Of a DNA stretch of 64,000 bases, positions 24,000 through 33,000 are shown piece by piece; within the stretch, counting starts at the first letter, position 1; each line of letters begins with the position of its first letter. This DNA comes from Thalassobaculaceae bacterium (GTDB taxonomy: Bacteria > Pseudomonadota > Alphaproteobacteria > Thalassobaculales > Thalassobaculaceae), in contig OZ245843.1 in NCBI GenBank assembly GCA_965228875.1, positions 4,136,616 through 4,200,615 of the forward strand, read 5' to 3'. The notes beneath the pieces were generated by a model. That model saw only the letters and a list, made by a program, of their open reading frames with translations, did no database searches and was not told the origin of the DNA. Both the position numbers and the translations under genes were made by a program.

Positions 24000-24115
24000 G
24001 AGTGCGCGATCGCCGCGGAACGAACCGATCTGAGCCGTGAATTGCCTTCTAAGTCATTAGAGACAGAGCCAATTCACTCGATCAGAGGTTTCCATTTGAT
24101 GTTGGTTTACTCTAG
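24000..24115 (-). repeat. ~116-bp palindromic intergenic repeat, copy C (more diverged)
   Basis: CTAAGTCATTAGAGACAGAGCCAATTCACTCGATCAGAGGTTTCCATTTGAT...CTCTAG aligns with copy B. Confidence 0.85.
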
Positions 24116-24142
24116 GGTCGGCCCGTTGACCGGAGAGTGCCG

Positions 24143-25780
24143 ATGACCGCCAGCCCCGCTGCAAACGCCTACGAGATCGACCTGGACAAGACCGCGGCCA
24201 ACTACGTGCCGCTGTCGCCGCTCAGTTTCCTCGACCGCACGGCCGCGACCTTCCCGGACAGGCTTGCGGTCGCCCACGGCAGGCGCCGCTACACCTGGGC
24301 CGAGACGGCGGAAAGGTGCCGGCGGCTGGGCTCGGCGCTGGCGGCCGGCGGCGTCGGCAAGGGCGACACGGTTGCCGCCATGCTGACCAACACGCCGGAA
24401 GGCGTCGAGGCGGCCCACGGCGTGCCGATGACCGGCGGCGTGCTGAACATGCTGAACACCCGGCTGGACGCCGCGACCATCGCCTTCATCCTCGACCACG
24501 GCGAGGCCAGGGTCCTGCTGACCGATACCGAGTTCGCGCCGGTCATCGCGGAGGCGCTGACCCTGATCAAGCGCGAGCTGCTGGTCATCGACGTGGACGA
24601 CAGCGAAGGGCCGGGGGGCGAGAAGCTCGGGGCGATGGACTACGAGGCGTTCCTGGCGTCCGGCGACCCGGACTACCGCGGCGTGCGCCCGGCCGACGAA
24701 TGGGACGCCATCGCGCTGAACTACACCTCCGGCACCACCGGCGATCCCAAGGGCGTGGTCTACCACCACCGCGGCGCCTATCTGAACGCGCTCGGCAACA
24801 TCATGGTCTGGGGCATGAAGATGCACCCGGTCTATCTCTGGACCCTGCCGATGTTCCACTGCAACGGCTGGTGCTTTCCCTGGACCATCACCCTGCAGGC
24901 GGGCACCCATGTCTGTCTGCGCAAAGTCGAGGCCGGGGCGATCTACAGGGCCTTCGCCGAGGAGGGGGTGAGCCATCTCTGCGGCGCGCCGATCGTCATG
25001 TCGATGCTGCTGAACGCCGACGCCGAAACGAAGAAGACCTTCCCCCAGAGCGTCCAGATGATGACCGCCGCTTCGCCGCCGCCGGCCGCCGTGCTCGCGG
25101 GGATGGAGCGGCTCGGCATCGACGTGACCCATGTCTACGGCCTGACCGAGGTGTACGGTCCCGCCGTCGTCTGCGCCTGGCACGACGAGTGGTCGATCCG
25201 GCCGATCGACGAGCAGGCGGGGCTGAAGTCGCGCCAGGGTGTGCGCTACCCGTCGCTGGAAGGGCTCTACGTCGCCGATCCCGACACCATGGCGGCGGTT
25301 CCCGCCGACGGCGAGACCATGGGCGAGGTGATGATGCGCGGCAACGTGGTCATGAAGGGCTACCTGAAGAACCCGTCGGCCACCGACAAGGCGTTCAAGG
25401 ACGGCTGGTTCCACACCGGCGACCTCGGCGTGATGCACGAGGACGGCTATATCGAGCTGAAGGACCGCTCCAAGGACATCATCATTTCCGGCGGCGAGAA
25501 CATCTCGACCATCGAGGTCGAGGGCGTGCTTTACCGGCACCCGGCTGTGATGGAAGCCGCCGTGGTCGCGCGGCCCGACGAGAAATGGGGCGAGACCCCC
25601 TGCGCCTTCGTTACGCTCCGCTCCGGCGCCGAGGCGACGGAGGCCGAGATCATCGCCTTCGCCCGCGAGAACATGGCGCATTTCAAGGCGCCGAAGACCG
25701 TGGTGTTCGGCGACCTGCCGAAGACCTCCACCGGCAAGGTGCAGAAATTCATCCTGCGGGAGCGGGCGCGGGGGCTGTAG
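24143..25780 (+). CDS. Acyl-CoA synthetase (short/medium-chain; DmdB-like family)
   Basis: ANYVPLSPLSFL, LNYTSGTTGDPKGVV, LWTLPMFHCNGWC, YGLTEVYGP, LPKTSTGK. Confidence 0.9.
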   Translation: MTASPAANAYEIDLDKTAANYVPLSPLSFLDRTAATFPDRLAVAHGRRRYTWAETAERCRRLGSALAAGGVGKGDTVAAMLTNTPEGVEAAHGVPMTGGVLNMLNTRLDAATIAFILDHGEARVLLTDTEFAPVIAEALTLIKRELLVIDVDDSEGPGGEKLGAMDYEAFLASGDPDYRGVRPADEWDAIALNYTSGTTGDPKGVVYHHRGAYLNALGNIMVWGMKMHPVYLWTLPMFHCNGWCFPWTITLQAGTHVCLRKVEAGAIYRAFAEEGVSHLCGAPIVMSMLLNADAETKKTFPQSVQMMTAASPPPAAVLAGMERLGIDVTHVYGLTEVYGPAVVCAWHDEWSIRPIDEQAGLKSRQGVRYPSLEGLYVADPDTMAAVPADGETMGEVMMRGNVVMKGYLKNPSATDKAFKDGWFHTGDLGVMHEDGYIELKDRSKDIIISGGENISTIEVEGVLYRHPAVMEAAVVARPDEKWGETPCAFVTLRSGAEATEAEIIAFARENMAHFKAPKTVVFGDLPKTSTGKVQKFILRERARGL

Positions 25781-25826
25781 GGGCGCACTTCTCCGCGCCC
25801 GTCACCCTGACGGCGCGTTCCGCTAC

Positions 25827-26471
25827 TTACTTCATCACTTCCGCTGCCAGGGCCCTGATCTCGGCGGCCGCGGTGCCGCGTTTCTGGTATTCGCTGACGC
25901 CCTTGCCCTCCAGCAGGGAGGCGGCCAGCGCCACGCGGTTGCCGATCCGGGCCTTGGCGACCTTCGCCCCCAGTTCGGCGATCTTCCCCGTCATCGCCTC
26001 GGTCAGCGAGGCGCGGGGCGGCACCCGGTTCAGCACCAGCAGGGCGGGCGTCTTCTCCGTCCTGGCCAGATCCAGCGTTGCCTGCGTCGCCCAGAAGTCC
26101 ATCGGGCTCGGCTGCAGCGGCACCAGCACCAGATCGGCGACACGCACGGCGATCTTCGCCTCGGTCTCCGCATGGGGCGGGCTGTCGACCACCACCACGT
26201 CGTGATCGCGGGCCAGCTTCTCGACCTCGTTGGCGGTGCGCCAGCCGGTGATCCGATGCACCGAGAGACCGCCCTTGCCCTTGCCGCCGGTCGGTTCCGG
26301 GAGACCGAGGTCACCGCGCATCGCCCACCAGGAGGAGAGCGAGGCCTGCGGGTCGATATCAACGACGGCGACGGTCTTGCCGGACTCGGCGATGGCCACG
26401 GCGAGGTGGGCGGCCAGGGTGGTCTTGCCGGCGCCGCCCTTCTGCTGGGCGATGGTGAGGATGCGCGCCAT
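25827..26471 (-). CDS. Short orphan ParA-family ATPase
   Basis: Deviant Walker A QQKGGAGKTT, DIDPQAS, VVDSPP, ADLVLVPLQPSPMD; GGGAGG RBS. Confidence 0.88.
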   Translation of the reverse strand: MARILTIAQQKGGAGKTTLAAHLAVAIAESGKTVAVVDIDPQASLSSWWAMRGDLGLPEPTGGKGKGGLSVHRITGWRTANEVEKLARDHDVVVVDSPPHAETEAKIAVRVADLVLVPLQPSPMDFWATQATLDLARTEKTPALLVLNRVPPRASLTEAMTGKIAELGAKVAKARIGNRVALAASLLEGKGVSEYQKRGTAAAEIRALAAEVMK

Positions 26472-26587
26472 TCCGGCCCTCCCTCCTCTGAAAGCGTTGG
26501 CACAGTGTAACGATTCGATCTTTATGCTGCACTGCGAAATAGCGCGCGACTTGACGCCGCCGCCGTCCTGGGGCACCCAGCGCCGCC

Positions 26588-27535
26588 ATGCCCGCTGCGA
26601 TCAGACCGATGACCGATAGTCAGGCCCGCCGGGAGGCGGCGGCGATCCTGCGCGCCGGCGGTCTGGTCGCCTTCGCGACGGAGACGGTCTACGGCCTCGG
26701 TGCGGATGCGACGGACGAGGCGGCGGTGGCGCGGATCTTCGAGGCCAAGGGCCGGCCGCGCTTCAACCCGCTCATCAGCCACGTTCCCGATGTCGATACC
26801 GCCTTCGCCCTCGGCCGGGCGACGCCGGCGGCACGCGCCGTGGCCGAGGCGTTCTGGCCGGGCCCGCTCACCCTCGTCCTGCGGCGGACCGAGGGCTGCC
26901 CGATCGCCTGGCTGACCTCGGCCGGGCTGGAGACCGTGGCGATCCGGGTGCCGGGCAAGCCCGAGGCGCGGGCGCTGCTGGCCGAGGTCGGGCGTCCGGT
27001 GGCGGCCCCGAGCGCCAACCGCTCCGGCCGCGTCAGTCCGACGGCGGCCGAACACGTCGTGGCGGAGGCGTTCGACGGTCTGGACCTGATCCTGGATGGC
27101 GGACCCTGCACCGTCGGGCTGGAGAGCACCGTGCTCGACGTCTCGGGCGGGCGGCCGAGGCTGTTGCGCCCCGGCTCTGTAACCCGCGAGCAGATCGAAG
27201 CGCTGACCGGGCCGGTCGACCTCGCCGGGCACGATGCCGCGATCACCGCGCCGGGGATGCTGGCGAGCCACTACGCGCCGGCGGCGCCGGTGCGGCTGAA
27301 CGCGACCGACCTGCGGGACGGGGAGGTGGGCCTGGATTTCGCCGGACGGCTCGGCGTCGAGGTCGATCTCAGTCCGGGCGGCGACCTGCTCGAGGCGGCG
27401 GCCGGGCTGTTCGCCGGTCTGCGGGCGCTGGACCGGCCGGGCGTAAGTACCATCGCCGTCGCGCCGGTCCCGGAGACCGGGCTGGGTGCGGCGATCAACG
27501 ACCGCCTGCGTCGTGCGGCGGCTCCGCGCGGCTGA
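26588..27535 (+). CDS. tsaC: L-threonylcarbamoyladenylate synthase (Sua5 type)
   Basis: TETVYGLGADA, KGRPRFNPLI, AAPSANRSG, GLESTV, PGMLASHYAP, AINDRLRRAA. Confidence 0.93.
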   Translation: MPAAIRPMTDSQARREAAAILRAGGLVAFATETVYGLGADATDEAAVARIFEAKGRPRFNPLISHVPDVDTAFALGRATPAARAVAEAFWPGPLTLVLRRTEGCPIAWLTSAGLETVAIRVPGKPEARALLAEVGRPVAAPSANRSGRVSPTAAEHVVAEAFDGLDLILDGGPCTVGLESTVLDVSGGRPRLLRPGSVTREQIEALTGPVDLAGHDAAITAPGMLASHYAPAAPVRLNATDLRDGEVGLDFAGRLGVEVDLSPGGDLLEAAAGLFAGLRALDRPGVSTIAVAPVPETGLGAAINDRLRRAAAPRG

Positions 27536-27555
27536 GGCATCTCCCTCTTCCCACT

Positions 27556-27635
27556 CAAACACTCCCCGGATCTGTTCCGGGGAGCGGCTAAGAAGGAAGA
27601 ACTGGGGGCCGCACCACACACCCGCTGCCTGAGGC
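27556..27635 (-). ncRNA. Candidate small RNA (pyrimidine-rich loop hairpin plus terminator-like hairpin)
   Basis: Minus strand: GCGGC-[CCCCAGUUCUUCCUUCUUA]-GCCGC, then CUCCCCGGA-ACAGA-UCCGGGGAG-UGUUU; ends approximate. Confidence 0.35.
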
Positions 27636-27749
27636 CAAATCGTCGTGCGCACCGATGGACCAATCGCGGGGGCATCTTGTCGTGCGGGGATGGAGCCTTA
27701 TCATCGGGGATATCCACACCTTCCATACCTCACCCTGAGGAGACTGCCC

Positions 27750-29207
27750 ATGGCCGCGCCCGCCGCCGCCACCCGCCCCGCCGGCTCGCTTCCCGATGTC
27801 ACCGACGCGCTCGAACGCATCAAGACCATCGTCGGGCCGAAGGGCTGGACCAACGACGCCGACGCGATGGCGCCGCACCTGGCGGACTGGCGGGGACTGT
27901 ACGGCGGCTCGGCACGGATGGTGGTCAAGCCGGCGACGACCGAGGAGGTGGCCGGCGTGGTCGCCGCCTGTGCCGAGGCCGGGATTCCGATCGTGCCCCA
28001 GGGCGGCAACACGTCGCTCTGCGGCGGGTCCACGCCGGACGAGGGCGGCGAGGAGATCATCCTGTCGCTGGCGCGCATGAACCGGGTGCGTGCGGTCGAT
28101 CCGGACAACTACACGATGACGGTGGAGGCCGGCTGCATCCTGGAGAGCCTGCAGCAGGTCGCCTCCGACGCCGACCGCTACTTCCCGCTGTCCCTGGCGG
28201 CCGAGGGCAGTGCCATGATCGGCGGCAACCTGTCGACCAATGCCGGCGGCACCAACGTGCTGAAGTACGGCAACGCCCGCGAACTGGTGCTGGGCCTCGA
28301 GGTCGTGCTGCCGGACGGCCGGATCTGGAACGGCCTGCGCGGCCTGCGCAAGGACAACACCGGCTATGATCTGAAGCAGCTGTTCCTGGGCGCCGAAGGC
28401 ACGCTCGGCATCATCACCGCCGCCGTCCTGAAGCTGTTCCCGAAGCCGACCGACGTGCGCAGCGCCTTCTGCGCCGTGCCCGACGTCGCCTCGGCGGTCA
28501 CGCTGCTCGGCCGCGCCCGGGCGGAGAGCGGCGACGCGGTGGAGACCTTCGAGCTGATGCCGCGACTGGTCGTCGACCTCGTCCTCAAGCACATGCCGGA
28601 CTGCGAGGATCCGCTGGCCGAGCGCTACGAGTTCTACGTGCTGCTGGAACTGGTCTCCACCGCCTCAGGGGAGAGCGGTCTGTCGGAGACGCTGGAGGCG
28701 ATCCTGGAAGGCGCATTCGAGGACGGGCTGGTGCTCGACGCCGCCATCGCCCAGTCGGAGGCACAGCGCCAGGAGTTCTGGAAGCTGCGCGAGAACGCCT
28801 CGGAGAGCCAGAAGATCGAGGGGGCGTCGATCAAGCACGACGTCTCGGTGCCGGTGTCGCGGATCGCGGAGTTCTACGACATAGCCTGGGAGAAGGTGGC
28901 GGCCATCGACCCCGATGTGCGGCTGGTCGGCTTCGGCCATGTCGGCGACGGCAACCTGCACTACAACCTGCAGGTCCCCGAGGGCGGCGACGGCAAGGCG
29001 TTCCTGGCGCGGTGGGACGAGTTCAACCGGGCGGTCCACGACACTGTGGTCGAGATGGGCGGCTCGATCAGCGCCGAACACGGCATCGGCCGCCTGAAGC
29101 GCGGCGAACTCGCCCACTACAAGGACGCGGTCTCCCTCGACGTGATGCGGTCGATCAAGGCCACCCTCGACCCGGCGGGCATCCTGAACCCGGGCAAGGT
29201 CCTCTGA
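27750..29207 (+). CDS. FAD-binding oxidoreductase (D-2-hydroxyglutarate/D-lactate dehydrogenase family)
   Basis: PQGGNTSLCGGS, IGGNLSTNAGG, LRKDNTGYDL, FGHVGDGNLHYN, GSISAEHGIG, LNPGK. Confidence 0.92.
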   Translation: MAAPAAATRPAGSLPDVTDALERIKTIVGPKGWTNDADAMAPHLADWRGLYGGSARMVVKPATTEEVAGVVAACAEAGIPIVPQGGNTSLCGGSTPDEGGEEIILSLARMNRVRAVDPDNYTMTVEAGCILESLQQVASDADRYFPLSLAAEGSAMIGGNLSTNAGGTNVLKYGNARELVLGLEVVLPDGRIWNGLRGLRKDNTGYDLKQLFLGAEGTLGIITAAVLKLFPKPTDVRSAFCAVPDVASAVTLLGRARAESGDAVETFELMPRLVVDLVLKHMPDCEDPLAERYEFYVLLELVSTASGESGLSETLEAILEGAFEDGLVLDAAIAQSEAQRQEFWKLRENASESQKIEGASIKHDVSVPVSRIAEFYDIAWEKVAAIDPDVRLVGFGHVGDGNLHYNLQVPEGGDGKAFLARWDEFNRAVHDTVVEMGGSISAEHGIGRLKRGELAHYKDAVSLDVMRSIKATLDPAGILNPGKVL

Positions 29208-29209
29208 CG

Positions 29210-29977
29210 GTGACGCCGGCCGCCACGCTGGAGCGGATGGCGGAGGACCTGTCGGCTCGGATCGCCGCCACCCGGGTCACGGCCCGGCCGTTTCCGCATC
29301 TGATACTGGACGACGCGCTGCCGCCGGCCCTGCGCCGGGCGATCGACGAGGCGTGGCCGGCGCCCGAGCTGATGCTGCAGACCAATTTCGGCCGCAGGCG
29401 GGAGCGTCCGGTCTCGCGGCTGGCGCATCTGACCGAGGGCCGTCAGCAGACGATCTGGCGCGCCGTTCACCGTGTGATGGCGGCCGCATCGGCGGCGATC
29501 AGGGCCAAGCTGGATCGCCACCTGGCCGACAAGTACCGCCCGCTGATCGGCCCGGACTGGCGCCGGCGGCTGCGCGGCGCCTCCTACGATGCCCCGGACT
29601 GCCAGATCGCCGAGTACCGCGGTCCCATCGAGTTGGATCCGCATGTCGACCACGCGCGGATCGTCATCAACGGCTTCGTCTATCTGGACGATCCGCTGCC
29701 CGTCCCGCCGGAGCCGAAGCGCGGCACTACGCTGTACCGCTCGCGCGGTTTCGCGTGGCCGTCGAACCTGCAGATCCCGCCCAAGGTGCGCGAGCGTTTC
29801 CTGGTCCCGGAGCGCGAGGTCGAGTGGCGCGACAACCGCCTGTTCGCCTACGTGAACGGCCCCTGGTCGTTCCACGGCGTCGATCCCCACGACCTCGGCG
29901 ACGCCCGCCGCCGCCTCCTGATGCTCGGCACCCTACTGAGCGAGGAGACGGCGGAGGCTCTGTTCGGGGAGGGATGA
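29210..29977 (+). CDS. Putative 2OG-Fe(II) oxygenase-like protein
   Basis: PFPHLILDDALP start, HxD (PHVD), GTTLY, distal SFHGV and RR; GTG 2 nt after upstream stop. Confidence 0.6.
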   Translation: MTPAATLERMAEDLSARIAATRVTARPFPHLILDDALPPALRRAIDEAWPAPELMLQTNFGRRRERPVSRLAHLTEGRQQTIWRAVHRVMAAASAAIRAKLDRHLADKYRPLIGPDWRRRLRGASYDAPDCQIAEYRGPIELDPHVDHARIVINGFVYLDDPLPVPPEPKRGTTLYRSRGFAWPSNLQIPPKVRERFLVPEREVEWRDNRLFAYVNGPWSFHGVDPHDLGDARRRLLMLGTLLSEETAEALFGEG

Positions 29978-30009
29978 TCCGCCACACCGGGGACCCTGGA
30001 TGGCTAAGA

Positions 30010-33000
30010 TCAAATGAAGTCGGATATCGACAGGGTCGTATAGTCGACACCAATGAGAGTCAGGCTGTTGCCCCCACCGAATGACACCAACGCGTTCCCG
30101 GAGCCGTCGTCGGACGTAATCGCATCCAACGCCGCCTGCGACGTGATCCCGAAAGAACCGTCGAGATCGATAGCGTCGGTGCCGCCGACGAAGTCGACAA
30201 TGACGTCGTTGTCGCCGTCATCCAGATAGACGAATGTGTCGCTGCCGGTACCTCCGACCAACGTGTCCGATCCGGCGCCGACGCCATAAGCGTCCCCGCC
30301 GCCGATCCGATCATCTCCGTCACCGCCATAGATGACGTCCACACCTCCCCGTCCCCAGACTGTATCGTTGCCGTCATCGCCGAACAGCCGGTCGGCATCA
30401 GCGCCGCCGCGGATCGAATCATTGCCGCCGCCTCCGTAGATCGTGTCATCACCAGGCCAACCCATCAGCAGGTCAGCGCCCGCACCGCCGTAGATCAAAT
30501 CAGCGCCATCTGTGCCTGACACGGTGTCGTCGTGGTCCGAGCCGATCACCCCTTCGATGCCTGACAGGGTATCGCCTGCTGCATCGCCAGACAGACCGGT
30601 TCCGGCTTGCATGTCGATGACGACGCGGGCAGGGGACGCGCTATAGTCGACAACGTCGCTTCCGACACCACCGCTCAGCACATCGGCACCCGCACCGCCG
30701 ACCAGTGTATCGTCTCCCTCGCCACCGCTTAGCGTGTCGGCGCCATCGCCGGCGAAGATGGAGTCGCTTCCGGACAACCCGATGACGACATCATTTCCTT
30801 CGCCACCGCTGAGTTGGTCGGACGCAGCCGTGCCGATGACGGTGTCATCGGACGAGGAGAACCCTGATGCCGCTGGAGTAAAGGTACCGTAGGTTATCTC
30901 AGGCCCTGCGGCGTAGAGGGTTTCGCCGTTGCCTTTGCTGGAGGCGTTCACCGAGTAGAACTGGAAGGACATGTCGGTATTGGCGGCATAGTTGTCGGGA
31001 GGGAATGTCACCCACACCTGATACCAGCCATCGCCGATCTCGACAGATCCGAAATCCACTGATGCGCCGACCTGGGTTGATGCGATGACCGAGCCATCGT
31101 TCAGGCTGAAGGTGACTTTTACCTCCGGATCGTTGTTGTTGATCCGCACTCTGAGGTAATCGCTGGTACCGGACTTTGCGTAGAGCGAGTAGGTCGTGGT
31201 GGTGGTCTCCGAAAGGGTCCCTCCGTGGTCATAGACTGAGCCGCCTGCCGATGTAGGGGTCCATAGCCAGGCCGCGCCCACCCCGTTCGGCGCGGTACCT
31301 GCCGAAGAGAGCGACCCGTCCGCCTGTTCCCACTGGTTGAGATCCTGGGTCACGATGTGCTGGGTACCGACGATGGAGTCGTTGTCGTCGATGAACTCGA
31401 TCGTCTCGAAGCGGGCGATGTTCATGGTGGAGATGTCGGCGGTGTGGGAGATTCGCAGCACATCGTCGCCCCAACCGCCGTTGAGCTCGCCGTCCAGCGC
31501 GTCGGCGTAGATCGTGTCGTTCCCGTCGCCGCCGGACAGTGTGTCGGCACCGCCATGGCCGTAAATCACGTCGTTGCCTTGCGAGCCGGAGATCAACTCG
31601 TCAAAGATTGTTCCATGCAGGGAGTCGTCCCCGTCGTCCCCGGTCAGAGGGGAATTGGTCAGGAAGATCGTCGTCTCCTGAGCAACCGAGTCGTAGACCG
31701 CATTTACGACATTCAGATCGGACGTGACGCTGATGACAGCGCCAGATCCGAGGTCGATCGAACCATCAAATGTCGACGCATTCAGTGAGGAATGATCGCC
31801 TTCCACGACGATCGCGTCGGTCGTTCCCATCCCGAGAATCGAATCGGACCCGAGCTCAGCGGCGCTGCCGACAAACAGGTCGGCCCCCTCTCCACCGTAG
31901 AGCGTGTCGGTTCCAAATCCCGCGACAAGCGTGTCATCGCCAATACCTCCGCTCAGGGCATCGTCGCCGTCACCGCCGGACAGAAGATCGGCTCCCGTTC
32001 CAGCCAACAGCAGATCGTTGCCGCTTGCCCCGAAGAGCGAGTCCGCCTCCGTGCCACCATAGAGGCTGTCATTGCCATAACCTCCGCTCAGCAGGTCGGC
32101 GCCCACCCCAGACGAGAGCACGTCCGCGCCTGCGCCGCCGAGCAGTGCATCTCCACCGATACCGCCGAGCAGCATGTCCGCTCCGTCGCCGCCATAGAGT
32201 GCGTCGGCGCCAGACGAACCGGTCAAACTATCGTTGCCTGCACCACCCGACAATATGTCGTCTCCGTCACCGCCGGAGAGCACATCCGAGCCTTCTCCCC
32301 CGGAAAGGACGTCGTCTCCGATCCCGCCGCTTAGCGTGTCGGTGTCGGCGCCACCGAGCAGGACATCGTTTCCGGACCCACCCAACAGCAGGTCGGCGCC
32401 GGTCTGGCCGAACAGGACGTCGTTCCCGTCACCCCCGCTGACCGTGTCGGTTCCGTCGCCCGCCCAGACCGTGTCGTTTCCATCGCCACCTGAGATCAGG
32501 TCGTTTCCTTGGCCTCCGCTGAGCTGGTCGGACGCAATGGTTCCGAGAATGCTGTCGTCACCGGCCGTATGATCCAAGGCCGCTGGCGTGAAGGTGCCGT
32601 AGGTGACTTCGGGCCCTGCGGCGTAGAGAGATTCGCCGTTACCTTTGCTGGAGGCATTCACCGAGTAGAACTGGAAGGACATGTCGGTGTTGGTGGCGTA
32701 GTCATCGGGAGGGAAGGTCACCCACACCTGATACCAGCCGTCTCCGATTTCGACAGATCCGAACTCCACTGATGCGCCGATCTGGGTTGATGCGATAACC
32801 GAGCCGTCGATCAGGCTGAAGGTGACTTTTACCTCCGGATCGTTGTTGTTGATCCGCACTCTGAGGTAATCGCTGGTACCGGACTTTGCGTAGAGCGAGT
32901 AGGTCGTGGTGGTGGTCTCCGAAAGGGTCCCTCCGTGGTCATAGACTGAGCCGCCTGCCGATGTAGGGGTCCATAGCCAGGCCGCGCCCACCCCGTTCGG

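Noticed and set aside
25827..26471. ParA as evidence of a plasmid or prophage
   Set aside because: No rep, parB, integrase or phage genes are present, and the neighbours (tsaC, gltBD) are chromosomal housekeeping genes.
27645..27665. Possible sigma54 promoter for the candidate sRNA (TTGGTCCATCGGTGCGC on the minus strand)
   Set aside because: The GG-to-GC spacing is 9 or 11 nt rather than the required 10.
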